Assembly: GCF_001194135.2 (NCBI RefSeq)
Contig: NC_069006.1
Location: forward strand, 11,330,487-11,394,486
Length of the DNA: 64,000 bases
Source: Octopus bimaculoides
Taxonomy: Eukaryota
Direction: 5' to 3'
The position numbers and the translations under genes are program-made. This document shows positions 11,184 through 25,190 of the stretch, one piece after another (position 1 is the stretch's first letter; the number at the start of each line of letters is the position of its first letter). The notes beneath the pieces are model-generated. The model was not told where the DNA came from, did no database searches, and saw only the letters and a program-made list of their open reading frames with translations.

Positions 11184-14100
11184 NNNNNNNNNNNNNNNNN
11201 NNNNNNNNNNNNNNNNNNNNNNNNNNNNNNNNNNNNNNNNNNNNNNNNNNNNNNNNNNNNNNNNNNNNNNNNNNNNNNNNNNNNNNNNNNNNNNNNNNNN
11301 NNNNNNNNNNNNNNNNNNNNNNNNNNNNNNNNNNNNNNNNNNNNNNNNNNNNNNNNNNNNNNNNNNNNNNNNNNNNNNNNNNNNNNNNNNNNNNNNNNNN
11401 NNNNNNNNNNNNNNNNNNNNNNNNNNNNNNNNNNNNNNNNNNNNNNNNNNNNNNNNNNNNNNNNNNNNNNNNNNNNNNNNNNNNNNNNNNNNNNNNNNNN
11501 NNNNNNNNNNNNNNNNNNNNNNNNNNNNNNNNNNNNNNNNNNNNNNNNNNNNNNNNNNNNNNNNNNNNNNNNNNNNNNNNNNNNNNNNNNNNNNNNNNNN
11601 NNNNNNNNNNNNNNNNNNNNNNNNNNNNNNNNNNNNNNNNNNNNNNNNNNNNNNNNNNNNNNNNNNNNNNNNNNNNNNNNNNNNNNNNNNNNNNNNNNNN
11701 NNNNNNNNNNNNNNNNNNNNNNNNNNNNNNNNNNNNNNNNNNNNNNNNNNNNNNNNNNNNNNNNNNNNNNNNNNNNNNNNNNNNNNNNNNNNNNNNNNNN
11801 NNNNNNNNNNNNNNNNNNNNNNNNNNNNNNNNNNNNNNNNNNNNNNNNNNNNNNNNNNNNNNNTTCTAGAATTAGAAAAATCAACTATTCACATGCCTGC
11901 TGTCTGAGAGAAGGGAGGAAAACGGGGGGGGGACATTGGCTCTTGTAGTCCAACATGTACCATGTTTGACCAAAAACAAGATGGTCACAACAGGAACACA
12001 TTCAACATAAGCCTGCTGGATCAAGAGTAACCTGGGGTTAAACATTAACAATAATCATAATAATCGTTTCTAATTCAGAAACAAGGTTAGCTATTTTAAG
12101 AGGAGGGGGGGGGCTTAGTCGATTAAATCGAAAAGAGTGAAGTTAACCTCCAAGCCCAGATTCGAACTCAGCACAATTCTGACTGCCTTTTATAACAAGA
12201 ACACATCAACATCAAGCCGCTAGAAATAACAACCAAATCTGACATTCGTAAATAAGGGACGCACTGTCTAATGCAACCGGACATATTCCTCTAAAATGGA
12301 CGGGACGGTCATGGTTGGAACACGTTTAATCATCGGTTAGTTCAATTAGGGTTGACTTGGGTCTAAATGACTAACAACGGGGAAAGGAAGACGTTAGTAA
12401 GTTGTTGTAATATCACATCTTTCACTTCTATTTCGATAAGAAAAGGGCTTGCGTACAGGCGCCACAAATTTTGCAGGACAGACCAACGCATTAATTGACT
12501 CTATAACCCATTCCGTCCCAACCCCTCAGTATATAACTGGTACTTACTTTACCGATACCTGTACAAAAGTAAAACAAAGTCGGTTCCACTTAACCCTGCA
12601 GGATTTCAATTAAGCGTAAAAAAAAGTAAATGAACAGATTTAATTTGCAGTAAAACACAAGTGCCCGATTTGACACGCACATTCTAATTGCTTTGATAAA
12701 TTCTTACATACAAATTACCTCATAGATTTTCGAGGGAGGGCGAACATATGATTATGAGACATTCATGCCTTTTCTATTCATGAATGTCAATAAGAACATC
12801 AATATGAAAATTGAATAGAAAATAACTTTTAATTAATACTTACCCAACATCGGTAAACAGAAGTTAGATGTTTCTCTCGCTGTCTCTCTCTCTCTACACA
12901 CATACATATATATGTGTGTGTGGGTGGGTGTGTATATTTATATATATATATTCATATGTTTATGAATATGTGTGTATGTGACTTCTTTAACGAAGGTAAG
13001 ACACAACTAGAAACTAGTTAACGTGTTCTTCTTACAACACACCCCACCTTCGGTGGAAGACAAAATGCCCGCTAACTGATAGGTGTGTGAGAGAATATAT
13101 ATATTTATATATAAATATAAACAGACAGTCTGCCGGATAGATAGAGAAGACTGTTGTAGATAAATAGATAGTTGTATATCGTTATAAATGGCTTAGATAG
13201 ACTGAAAGATAGAGAGAGGGGGTGGTTAGCGAGTCAGATACAGTTGTAGGTAGAGAGAAAGAGTGACATATAGAAGGAGGAGGATAGTTAGTCAGGTAAT
13301 ATCGGGAGGGGGATAGACAGAAAGATACAAAAAAGAGAGAGAGATAGTCGGCTATAGTTATTTAGAAGGCAAGAAATATGATTTGTATTTGTATAGGGTG
13401 AATAGGCAGACTGACAGAGAGGTGTAATGCTTTATATATACATATATATGTGCGTGTGTGTGTGGATAAAGGGCAAAGTAAAGAAAACTGGCGATGAGGG
13501 AGGAAGACAAGATGTGGTTTGTGATGGGGCAGACTAGGAAAGCACCTTTCCACTATCTTCTTATACACATAGACAGACAAACACTACTCTATATCCATCC
13601 CTCTCAATGCCTTTTTCTCTCTTTCTCACATACACAAATACGTTCACTATATATGTATATGTCCCTGTCTATATATCTCTCTCTCTCCCCAACTAACAAA
13701 TACATACATATAATAAACATAACACTAACTTTTCCTTTCGACCATAAAAGGAAGAACATGTACGCTTTGCGTCATTTCCGGTGAATGGTCGAAAGCTGTC
13801 CACTAGGCTATTTTCATCCGTTTCTATCCAAACGGATGAATAGCTTATTCATATTGACAGTCGTGACGTACATCAAAAGAGTAAGTACAATCCGGCAAGG
13901 AAATGAGTTTGTAACCCAGTCCTGATAACCCATTGAAACGTGTTTTACCTTATATGTATGGAAGCTAGTAATAGGGAGCAGGTCAGTGTCTCCATCGCAG
14001 ACCGTCTTGAACTGGCACTGGTAATTTTGGAAGTCCAAACCAATTTCGTTTTTCGCTTGTGTGTGTGTGTGGTTAAGAAACATGCTTTGCAACAACCACG

Positions 14101-14439
14101 TGGATTTGGATTCAGTCCCACTGCATGGCACCTTGGACATAGCAGTTTGCAACGGAGACCGATACAATAAGTACCAGATCAGCTAAAAAAATACATAAGT
14201 ACTGATGTCAATTTGTTCCACTAAAGCCCTCCAAGGCAGTACCCTAGCATGGCCTCAGTCCAATGATTGAAACAAGTAAAAAATAAAAGGTGTGTCTGTA
14301 CACATATACAAAGAAAGAAAGGAAGGTAGAAGGAAAGAAGTGGGGGAAAAGTCCTCAAACTCACTAGTTGTTGAGTCACATGATTGAGAATCTCTCCTAG
14401 CAAAAGCTCATCCTTAACATGACTAGGACCAAATCGCAA

Positions 14440-14625
14440 TGACTGGTCCTTTTATATCAGGGTCAGAAGATACTTCACTTACACCCCCAACAACTATTGC
14501 TACTCTACAAAGCTCAAGTAAAGCCCATAATGGAGCATCACTCTCACATCTGGAACAGTGCAGCTGTGGCTGATGCTGCACAAACAGACATCCTAGACAC
14601 ATTGAGAAAAGCATCACCTAACTAT
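14440..14625 (+). mobile_element. LINE reverse-transcriptase C-terminal fragment (CR1/Jockey/I-like)
   Basis: LLYKAQVKPIMEHHSHIW resembles the LYKAQVRPxMEYCSxLW motif. Confidence 0.6.
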
Positions 14626-16035
14626 CATCATCATTTATGGACATTTAATGTCCATCTTCCATGCTGGCATTGGTTGGGTGGTTTGACAGGTGCTGGTTTG
14701 GCAGAGGATTGCACCAAGTTCTACTGTCAGTCTTGGCATGTTTTTTTCATGGCTGGATGCCCTTCCTAATACTAACTACTTTACAGAATGAACTGGGTAC
14801 TTTTTACATGGTACCAGCACCAGTGAGGTCTGTTTGGCATAATTTTTATAAGTGGATGCCCTTCCTAACACCTACCACTTTACAGAGTGGACTGACTCAC
14901 AGATATACTCCATCCTCCTCTCCACAGGCATGCTATGTCCTATCTCTGTCTTTTCTACTGCTACTACAATGGTCTCTTCTCAGATCTGGTTAGCCTCATG
15001 CCACCCACCCTTACTCAGGCACTCCTATCTTACTTGTTTCTCCTCCACTCAACTCTTTTGTTGAGTTCATTTCCCCACCACACTCCCTCAAGCATAGCAT
15101 CTTCTTCACCTTGAGTCACAGTTCTTTGTCATCTTCTTTCTCAGATTCAGCCTTTGAAATCAGTCTTCACCATTCCATCCTGTGTCTTGTTTGGTTTCCT
15201 TCTTTCACAAATTTCATACACCTTGAAAACTCAGCACTGACATCATCTTCTCTGTGCATCACATGACTATCCCAGCACTGTCTTCTCTCTTGCAGATTTC
15301 ATCTATTTTCGCCCATATTTATGCTTGCATGGGTTGGGTGAATCACCTCTGGCATAGCTTCTCACCAGAAATCACAGTCCATTATTGTCTCCTTTCTGAG
15401 GTTCAGCCCTTAAGATCAATATTCACCATGTCTTCACTATATCACCCTTGGTCTCCTTCTTTCATTTTAACTATTCAGCACTTTATTCAACTCACATCAT
15501 CCTCTCTACACATCACATGACCATAACAGTGTAGTCTCCTCTCTTGCACACATCTAATTCTGCTTGTATCCAATTTTTCTCTCATTTCATTTGCACTTTG
15601 TCAGTCAAACCCATAGCAGGAATATTGACAGTATCTCACTGCCTCAGAATTGAACTTGAAATCACTGTGTAATTATAAATACCAAACAGCTTCTTGTCAG
15701 GGATTGATGGTGTCAGCAACCAACTAACCATTCAGGTCCTTGGTAAAACAGTAAAAACTCTTTTTTTAAATCAGAACCTTGACTGATCATCAAAACACAA
15801 TAGACCCAGCAAATGCCTAACTCATCAGAAACCTAGTTGTTGTAAGCAAACTAACCACTGGGGATGAACAACATATTGGAATGTCATTAACAATTTTGTC
15901 TTTGGCACCTTTTCTCTGACAGACCATTGGGTGTGTATATATATATATATCTATATATATATATATATATNNNNNNNNNNNNNNNNNNNNNNNNNNNNNN
16001 NNNNNNNNNNNNNNNNNNNNNNNNNNNNNNNNNNN

Positions 16036-17300
16036 GCATGCATGCTGCCTTTGATCAGATCTTCACTATGACACCATGAACACGTTGAAATTATATTTGC
16101 AATCATATAAATCACTTTGAATATTATTTTATCAAGTTTAAAGTCATTTCTCTTTTTCCCTAAACCATTTACCATTTCTGCAGTGTCCCCTGCCTCCCTT
16201 GATGCCCTGAACACATGCTTATTTTGTTTAATGGTTAATACAGCTCTGTAAATGAATATTTTGGGGGGATTTAGACTTCACACAGATTTTTGTTCTGTCA
16301 ACCAACCAAGCATTTTGTTGTTACAAGCAAATCCACCAAAACATTCTTACCTCATTTCTCTCTAACTCTTGTCAACCTTTTGTTTTCAAGACTCCTGTTA
16401 CACTACCATTAATCCTTTAGCATTTAAACCAGCCATATCAGGTGGCCCAAATATGATTCTTGTTTTATGTTGATCCCAGTCAGATCTGACCTCCCACACT
16501 TACCCTACAATGTCATTCTAAAAATAACTTGTCACATGATCAATATCTCAAAGCCACAAGACAAGCCAGGATTAATTGAAAGCAGTGTGAACAGATAAGC
16601 ATTACATTTGACATCGTAATCTGAATGCTAAGGGGTTAAGCATCATGGAACCTACCCTTCCCAAGGAGACAGAAACTTTTGATGCTAGTAGAAAGAATAG
16701 ATCCCTAAACTTCTTTTTTACCTTGCTCCTCTGACTCTGGCAAATATACTCTCAGGAGATGAATTCTTTGTTTTTTTTTCTTTTATTTTTATCTTTTACT
16801 TCTTTCAGTCATTAGACAGTGGCCATGCTGGAGCAACACACTGAAGAATTTTAGTTGACAGAATTGACCCTAGTACTTAATATTTTTTTTTTTTTGTAAA
16901 GCCTGGTACTTATTCTATCAGTTTTTTTTGCTGAACCGCTAAGTTATGGGGGTATAAACACACCAATATTGGTTGTCAAGCACTGAATGCAATTTTGATC
17001 AGTCACGAGGCTATTTATTTACAGCTGAGTGGACTGAAGCAACATGAAATGGAGGGTTTTGCTCAAGAACACACTGCACTGCACAGTTCAGGAATCGAAA
17101 CCACAATCTTACAATCATGAAAGTAACACATTAACCTCGAGGCCATATGCTTTCACTTGGGAGTACTCACCTTCACGGTTAATTAGGTCACCTAGGTAAC
17201 AAAAGCCATCATCTACTTCTAGGGAGTTTTCTGAGAATTTCAAGGAATTCATCTCAACTGTAACCTTTCTGCTAACTACTGCTATGCATCTGTCACTTAA
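16036..17300 (-). mobile_element. RTE-clade LINE fragments: endonuclease about 16036-16400, RT C-terminus about 17165-17300; interrupted by a MITE and SINEs
   Basis: SLEVDDGFCYLGDLINREG matches the RTE V..F.YLG motif; the upstream piece resembles the RTE APE domain. Confidence 0.55.
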
Positions 17301-17389
17301 GAAGTTGCCCCCTCCCTCTCAACCTGCCTGTGATCCCATTACAGCCCCTTCTACACATGTGTGTGTGTGTGTGCATTCACAGACATATA

Positions 17390-17433
<44 letters not shown>

Positions 17434-18214
17434 ATATTCTTTTATATTTTCTTTTATTTGTTTCAGTCATGTGACTGCGGCCATGCTGGAGCACAGTCGT
17501 TAGTGGAGCAAATCGACCCCAGGACTTATTCTTTGTAAGCCTAGTACTTATTCTATCAGTCTCTTTTGCTGAACCGCTAAGTTACGGGGACATAAACACA
17601 CCAACATCGGATTCAGCAATGGTGGTGGGGACAAATGCACACACACACACACACATATATATATACGACAGGCTTCTTTCAGTTTCCGTCTACCAAATCC
17701 ACTCACAAGGCTTTAATCAACCCAAGGCTATAGTAGAAGACACTTGCCCAAGGTGCTATGCAGTGGTACTGAACCCAGAACCACGTGGTTGGTAAACAAG
17801 CTATTTACGACACAGCCATTCCTGTGCCTATATATTTCTTTTACATGTTTCAGTCATTTGACAGTAGCCATGATGGAGCACTCCAGGACTTATTCTTTGC
17901 AAGCCTAATACTTATTCTATCGATCTCGGTTGCTGAACTGCTAAGTTACGGAGACGTAAACACACCAACATCAGTTGTCAAGTGGTGATGAGGGGTACAA
18001 ACACAGGCACAAATGCACACATACATAAATATATATACATATATACGACGGGCTTCTTTCAGTTTCCGTCAACCAAATCCACTCACAAAGCTTTGGTTGA
18101 CCCAAAGCTATAGAAGACACTTGCCCTAGGTGCCATGCAGTGGGACTGAAGCTAGGACCATGTGGTTGGGAGGCAAACTTCTTACCACACAGCTCTGCCT
18201 ACAAATGTGTATGG

Positions 18215-18322
<108 letters not shown>

Positions 18323-18357
18323 TCAGCTAAGGAATTATCATTATTCTTATATTTTAC

Positions 18358-18737
18358 AACCTCCGCCTCAGTGAGGGCGGAGGTATTGTTTTCAGTCATG
18401 TTTGTTTGTTTGTTTGTTTATTTGTTTGACCATGGACAAGATATCTGAAGAACTGCTGGATGGATTTGGATGAAACTCTCAGGGATGTTTGGCTTCGTGA
18501 CTGGCACGAACTAATTAGATTTTGGGATCAATCTGGTACAGCACAAGGATTCTGGATTATTTTCCCTGTTTTTTTATTTAATTTTTGAGCGCGGTCGTAT
18601 TCATTTTTAGTATTCTCATTTGTGAGAGCAGTCAAGTTTATTTCAGATATTCTCATTTTAAAAATCATCTCTGGCTCATCGTTGAGGGGACATTGGTGTT
18701 GCCTTGGCAGAGATTTGCGCTCTCTGAGTGCTCTTGT
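18358..18737 (+). mobile_element. Helentron-associated (HINE/DINE-1-like) non-autonomous element
   Basis: 5' CCTCCGCC/GGCGGAGG hairpin, (TTTG)n microsatellite, GATGGATTTGGATGAAACT body, 3' TTGGCAGAG subterminal repeat and GCGCTC-TCT-GAGTGC stem-loop. Confidence 0.65.
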
Positions 18738-21146
18738 TATTATCTTTATCCTTTTTTGTCTTTTACTTGTTTTAATCATTAGACTCAGGCCATGCTGGGG
18801 CACCACCTTGAAGGATTTTAGTTGAACAAATCAATCCCAGTACTTACCTATTAAAGTCTGGTACTTATTCTATTAGTCTGTTTTGCCAAACCGCTAAGTT
18901 ATGGGAACATAAACACACCAACACCAGTTGTCAGATGGTGGTGGTGAGTGGGGAACAAACAAAGACACACACATGATAGGCTTCTTTCAGTTTCCGTCAA
19001 CCAAATCCACTCACAAGACTTTAATTAGCCTGAGGCTACAGTGCAAGACATTTGCCCAAGGTGCCACACAGTGGGACTGAACCCAGAACCATGTGCTCAA
19101 GAAGCAAGCTTCTTACCCCACAGCCACACCTATTAGTGGCAAAATTTACCAATCACCATAATCCTCATTGACATCATTTTATATCCCATGTCCATGCAGT
19201 ATGGGTCACAAGGCTCATTACGGGGTCCAAGTCAGTCCTTATATGTAGTTACTTCCCCCCTACATGGGATGGAGACTGCATTATGCTCATCCATTGCAGT
19301 TTTTGGTATGGTTTCTAGGGTTGAATTCCCTTGCTAGCAACATCCCATTTACAGTACATATTGTGTGGAATTCATGGCAATCCCAGTCATAGAGGAATTG
19401 TCATGTCCACAACAGGACAAAAAGATCCACTAAGTACCAGACTTTAAAAAAAAATGCGTGTTGGGGTCAATTTGTTTGACTAAAACCATTCATGCAGTGC
19501 TCCAGCATGGTCATAGCCAAAACAAGTAAAAGAATAAAAGATGAAATAAATTTAATTTTATTTTGAAACCCTTATGTGTGAACATTTCAATTTTTTGTTC
19601 CCTGTTTGTGTGCTAATCGTAAAATGTGTACACACACAAGCACAGGTTTGAAGGAACCTTGTTTAATACTCAAAACATACAGGAATGATGGGAGAGGTTA
19701 GCTTTAAGGGACCAACCATTTGGACCCAAAATGGTTCCAATAATAGGTGCTTGAGAGGACCCATCAAGCCAAGCACACCCATGCTGGTGGCATGTAAAGA
19801 ACACCTTTGAAGCATTGGGCCCCATGGAGGCAAAGTGGCTGAGTTCCTTTAGAGTGTCGGGCCTCATGGAGGCAATGACTGCGACCTTTGGCATTATGTC
19901 ATGCTTGAGAAGAAGACCCATCAAACTGAGCAAAATTGCAGTCATGGCAGATACCAGTGTCATGCAAATTGGCACTCGTGCTGGTGGCACATAAAAGCAC
20001 CCCAGTGTCACACAAATGGAACCCATGCTGGTGACATGTAAAAGCACCCATTACACTCTCGGAATGGCTGGTGTTAGGAAGGGCATCCAGCTGTAGAAAA
20101 CCATGCCAACTTAGACTGGAGTCTGGTGCAGCCTTCCAGTGTGCCAGCCCAGTCAAACTGCCCAAACCATGCCAGCATGGACAATAGATGTTAAATGATG
20201 ATGATGATGATGATGATAAATCAAATACTGCTGTGTAACTAACTTTGATCTGGATTCTAGTAGGGGTAACCATCTACCTCTTCTGCAGAAAGACACCTGT
20301 TCTTATCTATCTGTTACACGCTTGCCTCTCAACACCTGGCTTAAACTGACTCCCTGAATACGTCACCTTCATTGATCAAGGAGTTTCATCTTGTGAGACG
20401 CTTAGTGGCCTCACTTGTGTCAATGACATAAAAAGCACCCAGTATATTCTGTAAAGTGGTTGATATTAGGAAGGGCATCCAGCCACATACCAAAACAAAC
20501 AATCAAGCTCAATGTTGTACTCTGGTCTGTTTGACCCATACCAGCATGGAAGATGAGTATTAAATGATAATGCTGATGATATTGATGATGATGATGATGA
20601 TGACGACAATGAACTCTGAATGTAGAAGCAAACCAGCTTCTCTTAGCCCTTTTATTAACTTAGTTCTGTTAAAAATATATTGCCTTTCTTCCAATCAATA
20701 TTGAAAAGAATGAAGAATTTGGTAAAATAACTTTGTCATTATTAACCCTTTAGCATTTCAACCAGTCATATCCAGTCCAAATATTCTATCTGTTTTATGT
20801 TCAAACTGTTAAAATCTGGTGTCTTATCCCAACCCAACATTGTCATTCTAAAAATGTACAATCACATCATTGAAACCTCAATGTAACAAGATAATGCCTG
20901 ATTAATCCAAAATACTGCGAATTAAGAATTAAATTTGACAGAATAATCCGAATGCTAAAAGGTTAAGCTGGTTTTTGGAATATAAATTAACACCAATATT
21001 TTGAAGGAAAGTGGTGAGCAGGCAGAAGTGTTAGCATGCCAGGCAAAATGCTTAGTGGGGTTTCATCCGTCTTCTGAGTTCAAATTCCACCATAGGGGTC
21101 CATACCATGTTGGATAAACATGTTGTTTGTCTTTTGTTTTTGGCTC

Positions 21147-21188
<42 letters not shown>

Positions 21189-21295
21189 TTAATAAATGGA
21201 GTTATACGCATGTGTTAAATGATTTCTTTTATTTCCGACATATAATTCGGTAAAACATTTGGTAATAATGTCTTATGGTTGAGTTGGTTCTTATG

Positions 21296-21384
21296 TATTT
21301 CCCTGAAGAGATTACATTTTTCTCAACATCACTCATTCCTTTGGAATGAACAAATTGTAATCTTCGAAACATATGTAGGAAATA
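21296..21384 (+). ncRNA. Hammerhead ribozyme-like motif, same subfamily as 868-1224
   Basis: 7-bp stem I TATTTCC/GGAAATA, CTGAAGA, stem II GATTACA/TGTAATC, 3 extra nt (TTC), then GAAAC-ATAT-GTA. Confidence 0.6.
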
Positions 21385-21672
21385 AAAGAAATCATTTAAT
21401 ACATGCGTATAACTCCATTTATTAAAATTTATATTTATTNNNNNNNNNNNNNNNNNNNNNNNNNNNNNNNNNNNNNNNNNNNNNNNNNNNNNNNNNNNNN
21501 NNNNNNNNNNNNNNNNNNNNNNNATATAGGCACAGGAGTGGCTGTGTTGTAAGAAGCTTGCCTCGCAACCACATGGCACCTTGGGCAAGTGTCTTCTACT
21601 ATAGCTTTGGGCTGACCAAAGCCTTGTGAGTGGATTTGGTAGACAGAAACTGAAAGAAGCCTGTAGTATATA

Positions 21673-21735
<63 letters not shown>

Positions 21736-24700
21736 TGTATGTATGTATATATTTGTGTGTCTGTGTTTGTCCCCTACCATTGCTTGACAACTGATGTTGG
21801 TGTGTTTATGCCCCCATAACTTAGCAGTTCAGCCAAAGAGGTTGATAGAATAAGTATTAGGCTTACAAAGAATAAGTCCCGGGAGTAATCTGTTCAACTA
21901 AAGGCGGTGCTCCAGCATGGCCACAGTCAAAATGACTGAAACAAGTAAAAGAATAATAGAATGACTGAGTTCCTTTCGAGTGTTGGGCTCCATGGGAGTC
22001 AATAACCAAGACCTTTGGCATTATGTTGTGCTTGAGAAGACCTGTCAAGCTGAGTAAAATCGCAGTCGTGGCAGATACCAGCGTCACACAAATGGCACCC
22101 ATGCTGGTGGCACATAAAGGTCCTCTCAGCGTTGACAAAATAGTACCAGTTAATCACTGGGGTCGATGTTATTGATTTAGCTCCTTTACTGAAATTGCTG
22201 GCCTTGTGCCAAATTTGAAACCAATATTTTGAAGGAAGGTTTCAATTTATTTAAAACAGCAGCTTTGTATCTTAGAAACAAGGTCAAACTCAGTCAGATT
22301 GATATTAAAAAGGTTAAAACAGATTAGCAATGGTTTACCCTGTCAAGCCTAAGCGTGATGATATAACTTGTTGAAAGTATCCCCCCAACAAAGCAAGGTT
22401 TATTACCAACTGTCTCTACAATGTATCACATGAAGTAGGTTTTATAACCTGAACAGATCTACTGGATATCATATGGATGTGTGCAGTACCAATGCCAAGA
22501 GCAGGGCTGGCTCAAGGTACCGGCAACTTGAGCAGTTGCCCAGGGTATCATGTGCTAGGGAGCACCAAGGAGGGTGTAACAAAGACAAGGAAATTTCCAT
22601 GATTGTCAGCTTGTACATGCCAAAATTCTGCTTGCCTGGGGCGCCAGCAACCCTAGGGCCAGTCCCAGCCAAGAGCCAACAAACCTCTATCTTTGCATTC
22701 ACCCTGGTCAAAATCTTAAATCTCTGCAACCGTCAAAGCTACTGGCCTGAATTTTTCAATGAAATCCTCTTTGTTCTCTGTCTTTTCTCAAGTGGCTGTG
22801 TGGTAAGTAACTTGCTTACCAACCACGTGCTTCTGGGTTCAGTCCCCACTGCATGGCACCTTGGGCAAGTGTCTTCTACTATAGCCTTGGGCCAACCAAA
22901 GTCTTGTGAGTGGATTTGGTAGACGGAAACTGAAAGAAGCCCGTTGTATATATGTATATGTATATATATACATATGTGTGTGTGTGTTTGTGTGTCTGTG
23001 TTTATCCCCCCCCCCCCNNNNNNNNNNNNNNNNNNNNNNNNNNNNNNNNNNNCCCCCCCAACATCGCTTGACAACTGATGCTTGTGTGTTTATGTCTCCG
23101 TAACTTAGCGGTTCGGCAAAAGAGACCGATAGAATAAGTACTAGGCTTACGAAGAATAGGTCCTGGGGTCGATTTGCTCGACTGAAAAAGGCAGTGCTCC
23201 AGCATGGCCACAGTCAGATGACTGAAACAAGTAAAAGAGAGTACCAAAGCTTTTAACTGATACTTAATAACGTGTAATTAGTAACAAAAAATATGTATCT
23301 AAGTTAATTACTCACAGACATGATGAGCATAAAGAAATAAATAAAATAAATAAGCTATTAAGCTAATTTTGTATTTTTCTTACCACATAATTATTTCTAA
23401 TTAGATTTCTTGATGATCACAACTATATTAATGATGTTAACCCTTTATCTGTCCTGTGTATCATGTTACATACATTATATATATTTCCCAAGCATCCATG
23501 CATTATATATGTGTGATGGTGCCACATAAAAAGCACTTGTGGTGATGACAAGTATAAAGCACCCATACTGGTGTTGTGGATAAAGCACTGGTGCTGCTGT
23601 CACATAAAAAGCACCCGGTACACTCTGTAAAGTGATAGGCATTAAGAAAGGCATCCAGCCATAGAAACCATATCAAAAAAGACAATTGGAGCCTTGTGCA
23701 GCTCCCCAGCTTGCCAGCTACGGTCAAACTGTCCAACCCATGCCAGCATGGAAAACAGACATTAAATGATGAGGATGATTCCCATTTTTTTTTTAACCCA
23801 CAGAATAACTTAGGACTTAAGAAAGAAAAGCTTTATGTTACTCAGAACGTATGAAACGAGGGTTAACTGAAAGTTTGAAAACGAGCATGAATGTTTAAGA
23901 CAAATTTATGAAAGGGATTTTAACAGACAAAGGATTAACACTAACATTATTTTAACATGGGACTTTGCTTTATGGTATTTCCTTGTTCCTTACAAATTTT
24001 TCGGTGTAGCATATAACATAGTTAACGATAAATATACTACCGGTTTGTTTACAGGGGTATTACACACACACACAAACAATCATCATCATCATCTAACGTC
24101 CATTCTCCATGCTGGCATGGGTTGAATGGTTTGACAGAAGTTGATAAGCTGAGCTTGCTGGGTTCCATTTGTCTGTTTTGGCATGATTTCTACGGCTGGA
24201 TGCCCTTTCTAACACCAGCCACTTTGCATAGTGTACTGGGTGCTTCTAGCGTAGAATCGGCACGGACGCATTTACGTTATACCGGTACGGGCGCTTACAG
24301 TTGAATAATCCAACAATATTTGTTTGAAGCTGACAAAGTCAGACTTTGTTGTTTTCGTGCAATCCTTCAGACAATAAATAAATAAATCCTAATTAAACTG
24401 ACATCAAAGGTATTCCAACCGAGACTAATCTATCTTTTTAAGGGTGCATACGACTTGTTCTTTACTCGTTTAAAAGAGATTTAGCCGCGATATCCAGCAG
24501 GCAAGATCAACCATTTAGTTAATGGTCATATCGTAAGTTCTAATTTCGAACTTACCTCTTTTTCTCGTCACCCCGTAACAAAGTCGGTAGAGTGCCCTAT
24601 GATCTACTTGTGTTATTCCGTTATGTCTCCATGTATCATGCCGTGTTTAACTCTATTTTTTCAGATTTCGATCGTCTGTTACTTGATTTCATAGACTATA

Positions 24701-24915
24701 TCTCTCCACTGCGTTGCTGCTTATTACGCTTTAGAAAATATTTTACGAATTATATTACTAAAATTACCTAGAAGCGATAAAACATTTTTCTTGAACCGGG
24801 ATTTTAGATAACAGGAGACTCTTTTTCGCTATTCACCGCTCGGTTTAAATCTGTCTTTTCCAGCAAGTTTTGAATCTGTTTACAAATCTTCCACGTGATT
24901 GTTTTTTTTAACAAA

Positions 24916-24968
24916 ATGGGTGATATAGAAGCGAAAGTTCGTGAAAATTTATACCGGCTGATTGTCAG
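24916..24968 (+). CDS. CSTF1: CSTF1 coding exon 1 ([18 protein letters not shown])
   Basis: AAAATGG start context; donor AG|GTAGAT, phase 2; matches the LYxLIxSQ N-terminal motif. Confidence 0.88.
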
Positions 24969-25159
24969 GTAGATTCAGTAGAACTTTATCTATTGTTTTT
25001 ATTGATTTCAAGTATTTATTTCGCTCTTTAATTTATTTAACACAACCTCTAACTCTGACCAGCGTCATGTTTTCTTTCTCCCTCGGTTAATCTTCAACTT
25101 ACCTTCCTTGGACCTCTGACATTATTCAAAAATTTCCACCCCCGTTGATTTGTTTATGT

Positions 25160-25190
<31 letters not shown>

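Noticed and set aside
17165-17300. Apparent minus-strand exon with a strong G|GTGAGT donor
   Set aside because: The translation is the RTE reverse-transcriptase V..F.YLG motif, so it is a TE fragment.
18445-18480. CTGAAGA...GAAAC resembling a hammerhead
   Set aside because: No stem I, II or III pairing; it is the internal body of the HINE-like element.
24556-24660. Coding first exon of a divergent gene (human CSTF1 is head-to-head with AURKA)
   Set aside because: Both ATGs on the - strand hit stops within 9 codons, and no kinase-like exons were found in 1-24500.
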